A DNA stretch of 64,000 bases from assembly GCA_002408885.1 (NCBI GenBank), contig DHTZ01000029.1, positions 2,041 to 66,040 of the forward strand, given 5' to 3'. Position numbers and translations under genes: made by a program. Positions within the stretch are counted from its first letter, which is position 1. Every line of letters begins with the position of its first letter. The stretch is from Lentisphaeria bacterium UBA5247 (GTDB taxonomy: Bacteria > Verrucomicrobiota > Lentisphaeria > Victivallales > Victivallaceae). A model generated the notes under the pieces. The model had not been told where the DNA came from and ran no database searches. It worked only from the letters and a program-made list of their open reading frames with translations. This document shows, piece after piece, positions 1 to 9,233 of this stretch.

Positions 1-2518
1 GGAGGGAACCCGGAACGTCATTCGCCGCCAGTTCCTCGCGGCTATGCTGAAGGGATATCCCTCATATCTGATGGATTTCAACACCAACTGGTTCCGGGAT
101 GCGGACATCGCCCGGACGGTTCAGGAGTGCAACCGTATCTTTGAGGTACTGACGGCGCACGGCAAGCTGAACCGGAAATCCCGGATTGCCTTGGTCAGCG
201 ATCAGGAAAGCCAGTTGTACGGCAATTATTTCGCCAATCCCACGCTGAACCGGCAAAACGCCTTGAACCGCAGCGGCCTTGATTATGATTTCTATGAGTT
301 GGAAGATTTTCTGGCGCCCGGCGTCGCCGATCAATACCGGCTGATCTTTTTCCTGAACCTGCGGGCGCTGGGGCAGGCGGAACGGCAGGGCATCGACGCG
401 CTGAAAAGCGGCAACCGGACACTGGTGTTTCTGCACGATCCGGGAGCGGTTGACCTGAACGGGCAGGGCGTTGACGATCCCGCCTTGATGAGCAAATTAA
501 CCGGAATCCAATTGACCGCCGCGGCGGATTTCCTGAAAGGACCGGTGAATTGGGACGGCGGCGGCTTGCAGAAGCTGGCGCCGACGGCGAAAGAGATTCC
601 GATGACGGAGGATTCAGGGACCGGCGAAACCAAACTCTGGCGGCAGGTATCGCTGTCCGACGCGGCGGTCGGGTATAAGACCGGCAACGTTTTGAGCCGT
701 TTTTATGGCGACGACCCCGCCGCGGTCATCCTGGCCCGCAATAACGACGGGAAAGCCGTCACGCTGTTCAAAAAATACCCGGCCTGGACCGCGGTGTTCA
801 ATACCTCCTGCTTACTGCCGGTCGAACTGACCCGGATGCTGGCTGAATACGCGGGCGTTCCGGCCGCCGACAACCGCCCGGATGTGGTGTTTGTTTCCGG
901 GGACGCGGTCGGAATTCATGCCGTCAGCGACGGCATCCGAACCGTCACGATGCCGAACCCGGGCCCGGTCGTGGAGGTGTTCACCCGAAAGATGGTATCG
1001 GCGAAGCAGACATTCGACTATGAGTTCAAATTCGGAGAAACCCGGCTGTTCGTGACCGGTGACCTGCTGACTGAACTGCAAAAACTGGAATCGGCGGAAC
1101 AGGTCGCCCTTGAGCGTTTTAAACAGGGTAATCCGGCGCCGGACACCGCGGGCGGATTTTATCACTGGCAGCGCATCAAGCGCCCTGAGGAATTTTTCGA
1201 ACAACGCAAGATCCCGCATGCCGACCGTTATGGTGACTTCCCGTTGCTGGTGAGCATCCCGCAGGCGTATCTGGTGGCGGATTCCTCGATTGGCAATCCG
1301 GCGGAGCTCCGGGAAATCGTCCGGGCTTTGCGCGAAGGCGCAGAACCGGAACGCAGCCGGAATTCGGCGACGTTCAACCGCCTGAACGAATCCTATCGCC
1401 TGCCACGGCAGTGGGAAGCGATGGCGACGGATCAGGCGTTCATTCACCTGCAGGAAATGGGGATCGGCAAGGGGCAGACTGCTTTTGTTGCTTTTTATCT
1501 GGTGCATCCGGAGAATAAAAAAGTCCATATTCTGTTTTCGCATACCGGTCCGGCCGAATTGTGGGTTAACAACCGACAATTGGAACTGCCAGAGGAGGGG
1601 GGCGAAACGGTATTGAATGGCACTGTTTCGCTGGTGGTGATGAAATTGGCGAATCCGAGCGGCGAGGAAGGTTTCAGCATCAAGTTTTACGAACCGGGCA
1701 CCGCGGGCGCACGAGGGACCACCCTGCCGAACAACCGTGCCGCCAAAGACCTGAAAATCCGCCTGGCGCCTCCGGGCTATACCATGGAAAAACAGGTGTC
1801 GGTGATCGAATTACCGGAACACTGGTCGGGCAATATCGCGTTTACGGATGGCGTCGGCGAAATGAAGAAAACCGGTTCGGCGGTGAACCAAACAAAGATC
1901 GATATTGACCCGGACGCCCGGTACAAGCTGAGCGCGTCGGTTCGCGGCAAAGGGGACGGCAATTGGTTTATCGGCTTTGTCCAGTATGACGCCGCCGGAC
2001 GGATGATCGGAACGAACGAGGTTCACTTTCTGCCGGATACCGACACCGAACTGGCAAAGCCCTGTTCGGAAAATGATCTGGTCGTGTATTTGAAAAATGC
2101 CGAAAAATGGCAGAAAATGCCGAACGGCTGCATCGCGTTCGAAACGGACCCCGCTCTGAAAGACCTGCCGAACCGCAACCTCAGCCGGAACGGCATTACA
2201 GACATTGTGCGGGATGGCGATTGCTGGGCGGTCACTCTGGCGGCTCCGGCGGGCAAAGCGTATCCGGCTGGAACCCCAGTGCGCCAGCATCGGGCATGGA
2301 CCCAGCAGAATTTTGTTCAGAGCGCGAAGATTCCGATCGACTGGAAGGACTTTTCCGGCGAGTGCGAAGGTTTTTCATCCGAGGCTCCGCAAAACAAGAA
2401 ATGGTGGCCGGGGGCGAAAACATTTTCCGTCATTCTGCTGCCGAATCTGAAAGAAGGCGACCGGATTCAGTTTAAAGACATCCGGCTGGAAAAAGAAGTC
2501 TGGCGGGGAAAACAGTAA
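1..2518 (+). CDS. large uncharacterised glycan-active-like protein, 5' end outside window
   Basis: The frame of the 44..2518 ORF stays open back to base 2, so the gene starts upstream. The segment IALVSDQESQLYG...YRLIFFLNL...NRTLVFLHDPG resembles a GH42-type trimerisation fold. The C-terminal ~200 aa look like a CBM4/9-type beta-sandwich. Function unproven. Confidence 0.55.
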   Translation, partial: EGTRNVIRRQFLAAMLKGYPSYLMDFNTNWFRDADIARTVQECNRIFEVLTAHGKLNRKSRIALVSDQESQLYGNYFANPTLNRQNALNRSGLDYDFYELEDFLAPGVADQYRLIFFLNLRALGQAERQGIDALKSGNRTLVFLHDPGAVDLNGQGVDDPALMSKLTGIQLTAAADFLKGPVNWDGGGLQKLAPTAKEIPMTEDSGTGETKLWRQVSLSDAAVGYKTGNVLSRFYGDDPAAVILARNNDGKAVTLFKKYPAWTAVFNTSCLLPVELTRMLAEYAGVPAADNRPDVVFVSGDAVGIHAVSDGIRTVTMPNPGPVVEVFTRKMVSAKQTFDYEFKFGETRLFVTGDLLTELQKLESAEQVALERFKQGNPAPDTAGGFYHWQRIKRPEEFFEQRKIPHADRYGDFPLLVSIPQAYLVADSSIGNPAELREIVRALREGAEPERSRNSATFNRLNESYRLPRQWEAMATDQAFIHLQEMGIGKGQTAFVAFYLVHPENKKVHILFSHTGPAELWVNNRQLELPEEGGETVLNGTVSLVVMKLANPSGEEGFSIKFYEPGTAGARGTTLPNNRAAKDLKIRLAPPGYTMEKQVSVIELPEHWSGNIAFTDGVGEMKKTGSAVNQTKIDIDPDARYKLSASVRGKGDGNWFIGFVQYDAAGRMIGTNEVHFLPDTDTELAKPCSENDLVVYLKNAEKWQKMPNGCIAFETDPALKDLPNRNLSRNGITDIVRDGDCWAVTLAAPAGKAYPAGTPVRQHRAWTQQNFVQSAKIPIDWKDFSGECEGFSSEAPQNKKWWPGAKTFSVILLPNLKEGDRIQFKDIRLEKEVWRGKQ

Positions 2519-2521
2519 CGG

Positions 2522-3133
2522 TTATAACTGTTCATCCATGTCGGGGGCGTTGTTTTCGGCGGCGCGCTTTCGGCGGCGGATAATGAAAAAGGCCAATGCT
2601 CCCGACAGGATGGCGCCGATAATGATGATCAATACCGATACGCCGCATTTATGCAGGATTTGTTCAACCGCCTGTCCGAAATAGTATCCGCCGGCGGTAA
2701 ACGAAAGCGACCAGACCAAAGCCCCGGTCAAGTTCAACGCCAGAAAACGCCCGTGCCGGACATGGCTCAACCCCAGAATGATCGGCGTGACATTGCGGAT
2801 GCCGTAGACGAACCGGAAGCCCAGAATCAGGAGCAGGTCGTATTTCCGCAACAGCCGGGCAACCCGTTTTTTCTTCCGTTCCAACCGCGGAAAGCGCGCA
2901 AAAATGGCGTTCCCTTTGTATTTACCGATACTGAACATCAATTGATCGCTCAGGCTGCTGCCGACAAACGCGCACAGCACAATACCGCCGAACGACATCT
3001 GCCCGCTGGCCGATAAAATCCCGGCGAGAATGACAATCGTTTCCCCTTCCAGAAACGTCCCCAGCAGGATGATCCAGTAACCATAATCCTGCAGCAGTTC
3101 CTGCCAGTCTACATTGTACAAAAAATCAATCAC
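2522..3133 (-). CDS. DedA/SNARE-associated family membrane protein
   Basis: 203 aa with typical DedA motifs (LGTFLEGETIVILAG, FRFVYGIRNVTPI) and several TM helices. Its end lies 3 nt from the convergent upstream gene. Confidence 0.85.
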   Translation of the reverse strand: MIDFLYNVDWQELLQDYGYWIILLGTFLEGETIVILAGILSASGQMSFGGIVLCAFVGSSLSDQLMFSIGKYKGNAIFARFPRLERKKKRVARLLRKYDLLLILGFRFVYGIRNVTPIILGLSHVRHGRFLALNLTGALVWSLSFTAGGYYFGQAVEQILHKCGVSVLIIIIGAILSGALAFFIIRRRKRAAENNAPDMDEQL

Positions 3134-3267
3134 AAATCGGACTCCTGCCCGCTCGTTTCGCTGATGAATATTGAAGAACTCGGGGGGCTTTCCTGATTTT
3201 ATTTCATATGCTTGAGTTCAATATAATGGTATTCCATCTGAATTCAACAACTTTTGAAAATATACAA

Positions 3268-3294
3268 CCCCCGGCGGAGAAAACCGGACGGGGG
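3268..3294 (-). terminator. rho-independent terminator after the Gfo/Idh/MocA gene
   Basis: CCCCCG...CGGGGG stem (3268-3273 / 3289-3294). On the minus strand it is followed by the T-rich tail TTGTATATTTTC. It sits 26 nt downstream of the stop at 3320. Confidence 0.55.
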
Positions 3295-3319
3295 CTTTGG
3301 CGTTCAGCCAAAAACGGCC

Positions 3320-4357
3320 TCACGAGTCGAGGCTGGTCCACTTGCGGTCGCCGCCGGCGCTTTTGACGATGGCTTCGACAAAGGCTACGCCGCGGAAACC
3401 GTCGGCGGCATTCGGGAAGTCCGGCACGAATTTTCTATCGCCGTCCACATGTGCCCAGACCGCTTCGGCAAACCGGGTATAAACGTTGGCAAATGCTTCC
3501 AGAAAGCCTTCCGGATAACCGGCAGGAGTACGCGAGGTGGCCGCAGGCACGGTTTCCTGATGGCGGCAGAATACCTGCAACGGCTGTCCGTCCCGTTTGA
3601 CGGTCAGGGAATCGGGAGAGGCCAGGCGCCACTCAAGGGTTCCGAGTGTACCGTCGATACGGAGAAACAGATCGTTTTCCCGTCGTACACCGGTCAGGAC
3701 GCCGCGCGCGCCGTTGGCGAATCGCGTCAGTATATTGTCGCCGGGGGACAGGATGCGCGATTCCGCAGCAAGCAGATCGGCGCAGACTTCGGTGATTGGA
3801 TGCCCGGTCACGTATTCGACAAGGTTCTCGGCGGCGCCGTCAAGCCGTCCCTGCGGGTATTCGACCGTGACGCTGGTGATTTCGCCGATTTCACCGTCTT
3901 GAATCATGGCGCGCGCCTGGCGGAGCATCGAATAACCGTTGTAATTGCAGGCGAGGGCGAAAATCAGACCGCTCTCGCGGACTTGATCCGCCAGCGCCCG
4001 GGCATCTTCCAGCGAAAGCGCCATCGGTTTTTCGCAAATCACGTGGAAGCCGGATTTCAAGGCTTTGGTCGCGATATCGTAATGAATGGCGTCGGGCGCC
4101 ACGATGGTGATACAGTCGATCCGTTCCTCCGGCGGAAGTTCGTTTTCGAACTCCATCATTTCGTCGTAGCTCCGGTAACAGCGGTATTCCGGCAGAAAGA
4201 GTTCGGAGCCTTGCGCCAGGGTTTTGTCCCGGTCGCGACTGAACGCCCCGCCGATCAAATCGATTTTACCGTCGAGCCGGGCTGCCGCGCGGTGCACGGC
4301 CCCGATGACCGAACCCGGACCACCGCCCGCCATTCCCATCTTGATCTTACGTTTCAT
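3320..4357 (-). CDS. Gfo/Idh/MocA family NAD(P)-dependent oxidoreductase
   Basis: 345 aa. N-terminal Rossmann motif MGMAGGGPGSVIGAVH, and EKP motif (VICEKPMA). A GGAGG RBS lies upstream of the ATG. Confidence 0.85.
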   Translation of the reverse strand: MKRKIKMGMAGGGPGSVIGAVHRAAARLDGKIDLIGGAFSRDRDKTLAQGSELFLPEYRCYRSYDEMMEFENELPPEERIDCITIVAPDAIHYDIATKALKSGFHVICEKPMALSLEDARALADQVRESGLIFALACNYNGYSMLRQARAMIQDGEIGEITSVTVEYPQGRLDGAAENLVEYVTGHPITEVCADLLAAESRILSPGDNILTRFANGARGVLTGVRRENDLFLRIDGTLGTLEWRLASPDSLTVKRDGQPLQVFCRHQETVPAATSRTPAGYPEGFLEAFANVYTRFAEAVWAHVDGDRKFVPDFPNAADGFRGVAFVEAIVKSAGGDRKWTSLDS

Positions 4358-4454
4358 AGAACCTCCATAATTTTATTCTTTTCACCTTTCAGTTTAAAAT
4401 AACACAGGATTTCCAAATACGCAAGCCCGCAGTACGGGAAAAAACGCCTTTCGA

Positions 4455-7400
4455 TCAGTGTTCTCCGCGCCCGCATCCCCAGGCGAAAAGGGCGATCAAC
4501 AGCAGAACCGCTGCCAGAACCGACCATTTCAGCCCGGATGATGAAAGGCTGGTCTGCTCGGCATTGGCCTTGGCTGCCTCGATTTTGAAGCCTTTGACTG
4601 GAGCGGATGTGCCTTGTTCGGGGGCGCTTTCGGTTTGCTGGGCTTTGGGTTGGGCGGATGCGCCGGGATTTTCCCTGGACTTCCGGGGATTGTTTCCGAA
4701 CGATTCCCCCAGTTGCCGCTGCAGTTCCCGCCGTTCGCGGACCTGATCGCCCAGTGTACGCGCGGCGGCTTTTTCCACGGCCACCTGAAATTTCATCTGC
4801 ATTTCCGGCGACAACACGCCGGGCATTGAAATCAGATCCACCACCACCTGGTTCAGCAGGGGATTGTTACAGGTATGGTCGCAGCACGCCATCCCCTGAC
4901 GGATCACACTTTGAGCATAACCGGCGGCCAGCGACTGCCGGGTGGCGAGGTCGGCCTGCCAGTAATCCTTGCGCACTGCTTCCAGCATCCGCCCGGTCAT
5001 GGACTGGTAGGCCCATTCGTTGTTGGCGGCGAAGAATTCTTTCATATTCAGGTCATAGCGGTCTTCAACGTAAATTTCGTAGAGGTTCCGCCAGTCCGTG
5101 GCGGAGAGATTGTCCGGCGTGACCGCCTGCCAGCCCCAGACGTTGTCGGTCATGCGGGCAAGGGTTTTGGCGCCGGAGTATTGTTCCTTCATCATGGCCT
5201 CGATCCACTCGCGGTTGTACAGGCGGGAATCGAGTTCCGCCCCCATGAAGCTTTTCAGCGACGTGATTTTCTCCGCGGAACGGCGGCGCTGGTCCACAAT
5301 GTATTCCTCCGGGGCTTTGCCGGTACTTTTGCGGACGGCCAGAGACAGGCCGCCGAAATACTGGAACATGTCGTCGATATCCGTCACTCCGTAGACATTG
5401 CTGGAACGCGAATGGAACATCGCCTCCACCTGCGTCAAACCGGAGTCGAGAGCCGCCCGGGCTTCGCCGATTTCGCCGTCGGCGTTGACCGAATAGCCCA
5501 TGCTTTTCAGGTAAACCGCCGCGAGTTCGCGGTCATCCGTCCAGACGCCGGAGGACCCCGCCAGCTTGTTCAGCCGGGTGCCGTAGGTAGAGGGGGCCGG
5601 GAAGAAGACCCGGCGTTCGCTTAAATCGGCGGCCTCGGCAGCGGAGTGTCCCTGGCGGCGGAGTTCGGCGGCGTTTGCCTCGGTATTGCGGCGGATGAAG
5701 TTTTCCGCGTCGGTCAGGCGCGACGCCTGGCGCTGCGCCCGGTCGAGCAGTTGGATCAGGTCGCCGAACTGGTCCCGGTACGCGCCCGAGGTCGTAATCA
5801 ATACATCGATGCGGGGACGGTTCAGCAACGCGCCGGGAACCGCGATCACGCCGTTTACGCGGTCGTCGGCATCGTATTGCAGGCGCATTCCCATCAGGGC
5901 GAGCGCCATCGCTTCGTTGACACCGTCGGTGCGGGTGGTTTCCCCGGCCCAGAGGATCAGCGCTACCTTGGAGGGATAGCGGTTGTTTTTTTCGAGTTCG
6001 CGGTTCAGAAGTTCCTGAGCCAGTTTCACGCCTTTTTCCATCGCTTCGCGGGTGGGGATTTTAGCGGGGTCGAATGAATAAAAATTGCGCCCGACCGGCA
6101 GGGAGTCCGGGTTGCGCAACGGATCGCCGGACGGCCCCGGTTCGATGAAACGCCCCGAAAAGGCGCGCAGGAGCGCGGTCATCTCATCCGTTCCGGCGTT
6201 GGCCAGATGCGGTCCGGCGGCGGCGCGGTCCGGCTCCGGAATTTGTTCCAGCATGGCGGCGATTTCGTCGCCGGAGGGCGATTCGCCAAATGAATGCAGG
6301 CCGAACGGGGCAGGGGCCTTGCGAGCGTCGGCGTAATGTTCGAGTTTATGCCGCCAGCCGGGCGTTTTGCGGTCCAACCCGAGTCGTTCGGCGAGCCCGT
6401 GCTCCTCCACATAACGGAACAGGGCGCTTTCGCGTTGTTCCCGGACGGCGGGATCGGCGGTCTGAAAATCGACGACTTTCTGGCGGAGCCCCAGCAGAAC
6501 CTGGTCTTCCGCCGGGATTTTCAGGAACGGTGCCAGATGGTCGATCATGACGGCGGAAGCACGGCGTTTGGCGATGATGCCTTCGCCGATGCCGTCGGAA
6601 ATATACGGATAGATTTCGGGAATGTCTCCGCGTACGATCAACGGGGCGCATTCGGCGCTCATCCCGAGCTGTTTGCCGGGGAGCCATTCGCTTGAGCCGT
6701 GCCGTCCGAGGTGAACCATCGCGTCCGCGTTAAACTCATGGCGGAGCCAGAGATACACGGCCAGATATTGATGCGGCGGCGCCAGCGTCGCCGAATGGAC
6801 CAGTTTGTGCGGATCGTCCAGCCAGCCGCGCATCGGTTCCGGCAGGATGACGAGATTGCCGCGGCGGAGCATCGGCAGGATAAAGTCGTTGCCGACGGAC
6901 ATGATGGTGGATTTGCCGGGAGGGCCCCATTCGTCCATGACGCTCCGGCGGAAACTTTCCGGGAGCTCGGCAAACCATTTCAGGTATTGATCGAAGGGAA
7001 GGCGGACGGCGTCCGCTTTTTCCAGAAAGGCGTCCAGCTCGCCCGGCGCCCAGGAACCGACGTTGCGGGCGTTCTGCAGAATCAGCGTGGTCATGGCGGT
7101 TTCGTCAAGCACCTCCAGCCCGCCGGTTGCGTATTGTTCGCGGGCGAGCGCCCGGGTGATGTTGCAGATACTGCGCGGCACGTTCAGGTAGCTTGCGCCG
7201 ATGGTCTGTTTGCCGCCGGAACCGTTGTAGACGAAAATGGCGATCTTCTTTTCGGAATTGTTTTTCCGGCGAAGCCCGATCCATTTCTTAAGCCGCCGGG
7301 CGGTAATATCGATCTGCGCCGGGAACGGTTCGCCGATCTGAACCGTCTTGCCGGACGCGTCGCTCCGGCTCCGGGCGCCGAACAGCAGGGACGGTTCGAT

Positions 7401-8357
7401 CATCCCCGAAATCTCCGGCGCGATAAAGCCGAACGCCACCGAAAAATCATTCATCCCGCGCACCGATGCTTCCCATTCCGGGGTGGTCTGGCGGTAGAGC
7501 CGGAGCGCGTTGAACACCGGCATGTCCAGTTTTTTCAAGGCCAGCCGGAGCGGCTCGCCCAGCCCGGATTTGAATTTGAACGACAGCGCCAGCAGCGCGT
7601 CCACCGTCTGCCTGCCGTCGGCATCCAGCAGGAGCTCGTTGATCACCCGGACTTCGTCGCCGTAAACGACGGCCACATTCACGCCCTGCCGTTCGAAGCC
7701 GTCGGTCAGATGGCGGAACAGCTCCATTTCGCTTTTGTTGATGCTTGCCGAATGGACGGCGAACGCCACCAAACCGTTTCCCGGACGGTAAAAACCGTTC
7801 TTCACTCCCCATTCACGGTAAGCCGAGATGGAGGGAAACACCTGTCCGCCCGCGGCCGGATGGGTGACGCCGAGATCGGGCAGGGTGACAGGCGGTTCAA
7901 ACGCAACGGACGGGTCCAGTTCGCGGTTGACGATCCAGTAAATCATGTTCTTGAAATTTTGCGGGCGGCGGTTGGCACGGTAGGCCTTGACCTCCGGCGG
8001 TTCCAGCGCCGGGATGTTCTTCGGCAGGCGGCGGGCGGAAAAGGCGTAAAGTTTCGTCCGGGAAAAATCGATTTTGTCCGAAACCAGCTCGCGCAATTCG
8101 ATGACCAGTGAGTTGATGATCAGGATATCGGCCTGCCGAGCGCGCTCGGTGATCTTGTCCATCGAATCGACCGGCGTACAGTAATATTCAAAGGTTATAT
8201 GGTCCGGCAACTGTAAATCGGCAAAGGCTTCCGCCGCCAGGTCGGTATCGTTGCCGCCGCCGAGGAAAACCACACGGGAACGTTCCGCCGCGGGCAGGGC
8301 TGACAGCAGAAAACAGCAGAGCAGAACCCAAATGCCCGGCAAATAACGCATGGTCAT
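4455..8357 (-). CDS. CobN/Mg-chelatase-family (HmuS-like) large chelatase/dechelatase subunit, exported and C-terminally anchored
   Basis: 1300 aa. CobN hallmark HLGRHGSSEWLPGKQ. N-terminal signal peptide MTMRYLPGIWVLLCCFLLSALPAAE. C-terminal hydrophobic helix WSVLAAVLLLIALFAWG. ATGA overlap with the upstream gene. Confidence 0.8.
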   Translation of the reverse strand: MTMRYLPGIWVLLCCFLLSALPAAERSRVVFLGGGNDTDLAAEAFADLQLPDHITFEYYCTPVDSMDKITERARQADILIINSLVIELRELVSDKIDFSRTKLYAFSARRLPKNIPALEPPEVKAYRANRRPQNFKNMIYWIVNRELDPSVAFEPPVTLPDLGVTHPAAGGQVFPSISAYREWGVKNGFYRPGNGLVAFAVHSASINKSEMELFRHLTDGFERQGVNVAVVYGDEVRVINELLLDADGRQTVDALLALSFKFKSGLGEPLRLALKKLDMPVFNALRLYRQTTPEWEASVRGMNDFSVAFGFIAPEISGMIEPSLLFGARSRSDASGKTVQIGEPFPAQIDITARRLKKWIGLRRKNNSEKKIAIFVYNGSGGKQTIGASYLNVPRSICNITRALAREQYATGGLEVLDETAMTTLILQNARNVGSWAPGELDAFLEKADAVRLPFDQYLKWFAELPESFRRSVMDEWGPPGKSTIMSVGNDFILPMLRRGNLVILPEPMRGWLDDPHKLVHSATLAPPHQYLAVYLWLRHEFNADAMVHLGRHGSSEWLPGKQLGMSAECAPLIVRGDIPEIYPYISDGIGEGIIAKRRASAVMIDHLAPFLKIPAEDQVLLGLRQKVVDFQTADPAVREQRESALFRYVEEHGLAERLGLDRKTPGWRHKLEHYADARKAPAPFGLHSFGESPSGDEIAAMLEQIPEPDRAAAGPHLANAGTDEMTALLRAFSGRFIEPGPSGDPLRNPDSLPVGRNFYSFDPAKIPTREAMEKGVKLAQELLNRELEKNNRYPSKVALILWAGETTRTDGVNEAMALALMGMRLQYDADDRVNGVIAVPGALLNRPRIDVLITTSGAYRDQFGDLIQLLDRAQRQASRLTDAENFIRRNTEANAAELRRQGHSAAEAADLSERRVFFPAPSTYGTRLNKLAGSSGVWTDDRELAAVYLKSMGYSVNADGEIGEARAALDSGLTQVEAMFHSRSSNVYGVTDIDDMFQYFGGLSLAVRKSTGKAPEEYIVDQRRRSAEKITSLKSFMGAELDSRLYNREWIEAMMKEQYSGAKTLARMTDNVWGWQAVTPDNLSATDWRNLYEIYVEDRYDLNMKEFFAANNEWAYQSMTGRMLEAVRKDYWQADLATRQSLAAGYAQSVIRQGMACCDHTCNNPLLNQVVVDLISMPGVLSPEMQMKFQVAVEKAAARTLGDQVRERRELQRQLGESFGNNPRKSRENPGASAQPKAQQTESAPEQGTSAPVKGFKIEAAKANAEQTSLSSSGLKWSVLAAVLLLIALFAWGCGRGEH

Positions 8358-8692
8358 TCCTCCGGTACGTAAATCATGGAACCGTCTTCCAGTTGATAGG
8401 CGGTTCCGAGGCGGACTCCTTTGCCGGCGGCTTCTTCGCGGGTCATGCGCATCGCCTGAATTTTGCGGCCTTTTTTCTCGATGATGACCATTTCGCCGTT
8501 CTCGTTCTTCTTGACGATGGTCATGGAGGAATCGCGGGAAAACAGTTCTTTCGCGTCAAACGTGGTCATCAGCGCCAGCAGCAGCGCCGCGATGAAAATG
8601 ACCGCCGTGTCGAATAGATTGGCCACGCCGTTCATCGGGTCGCCCGCGTCGGCGCTCTCGGAAATTTTACGGTAATCACGCATGAATTTCAT
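8354..8692 (-). CDS. small single-TM protein, ExbD/TolR-like topology (DUF2149-like)
   Basis: 112 aa with one TM helix carrying an Asp (NLFDTAVIFIAALLLAL), followed by a ~70-aa soluble domain. Overlaps both neighbouring genes. The family name is from memory and gene context. Confidence 0.6.
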   Translation of the reverse strand: MKFMRDYRKISESADAGDPMNGVANLFDTAVIFIAALLLALMTTFDAKELFSRDSSMTIVKKNENGEMVIIEKKGRKIQAMRMTREEAAGKGVRLGTAYQLEDGSMIYVPEE

Positions 8693-9227
8693 GATACATC
8701 TGCTCCGTCAGGAATTCCATGTTCCGGATGTCGTTTTCGACGAAACGGTAACGAATCGTGTAGATCAGAAACGAAAGGCAACTGACCAGCAGCCCCACCA
8801 CCGTCGTCGTATAAGCCACCACCAGTTCCGCGGTCATGACGGACACGTCGCCTTGTCCGAGGCTCGCCAGCGCGGTCCCCATCGGGACCAGCGTGCCGAT
8901 CAAGCCCAGCGCGGGGCCGATCCGGGTGACGATGCGGAATTTATCCAGGAAAGCCTGCCGGCGATGAATACTCTCGCGCAGGAAGTTCTGGATTTCATGC
9001 TCGGGGGCGTGGCGGCTCAACATTTCCGCCAGGGTTTTACGGTACGCTTCGACCGGCGCGCTGAACTCCGTATTCCGAAGCCGCCGCCGCCGGACCCAGT
9101 CGGCCAGCAGCTTGCCGCATTCGAAGAAAATCCACGCCGACAACCCGGTCAACAGCAACAACACCGGGTAAAGCACACAGCTTGAAAGCACAAATAAAAA
9201 AGTCTTGATTCCGGCAAACATATCCAT
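8676..9227 (-). CDS. MotA/TolQ/ExbB proton-channel family protein
   Basis: 183 aa with three TM segments. Signature GPALGLIGTLVPMGTAL is typical of ExbB/TolQ. Confidence 0.8.
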   Translation of the reverse strand: MDMFAGIKTFLFVLSSCVLYPVLLLLTGLSAWIFFECGKLLADWVRRRRLRNTEFSAPVEAYRKTLAEMLSRHAPEHEIQNFLRESIHRRQAFLDKFRIVTRIGPALGLIGTLVPMGTALASLGQGDVSVMTAELVVAYTTTVVGLLVSCLSFLIYTIRYRFVENDIRNMEFLTEQMYHEIHA

Positions 9228-9233
9228 ATCCGT

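Noticed and set aside
6699-8111. Long antisense ORFs opposite real genes: 6699-8111, 3254-4402, 10584-11996, 20545-21999, 24513-25841, 49883-50992, 53932-55509 and 57400-58482.
   Set aside because: They lie entirely within, and antisense to, ORFs with clear family motifs (CobN, Gfo/Idh/MocA, hydrolase, enolase, GuaA and others). Their translations are Arg/Gly/Pro-rich and low-complexity, which is typical of stop-codon-poor frames in GC-rich DNA.
4455-8357. Annotating the CobN-family gene as the aerobic cobalamin-pathway cobaltochelatase CobN.
   Set aside because: The protein has an export signal and a C-terminal anchor. No cobS/cobT or other cob/cbi genes are present, no B12-riboswitch-like leader is visible, and it is coupled to ExbB/ExbD-like genes instead.
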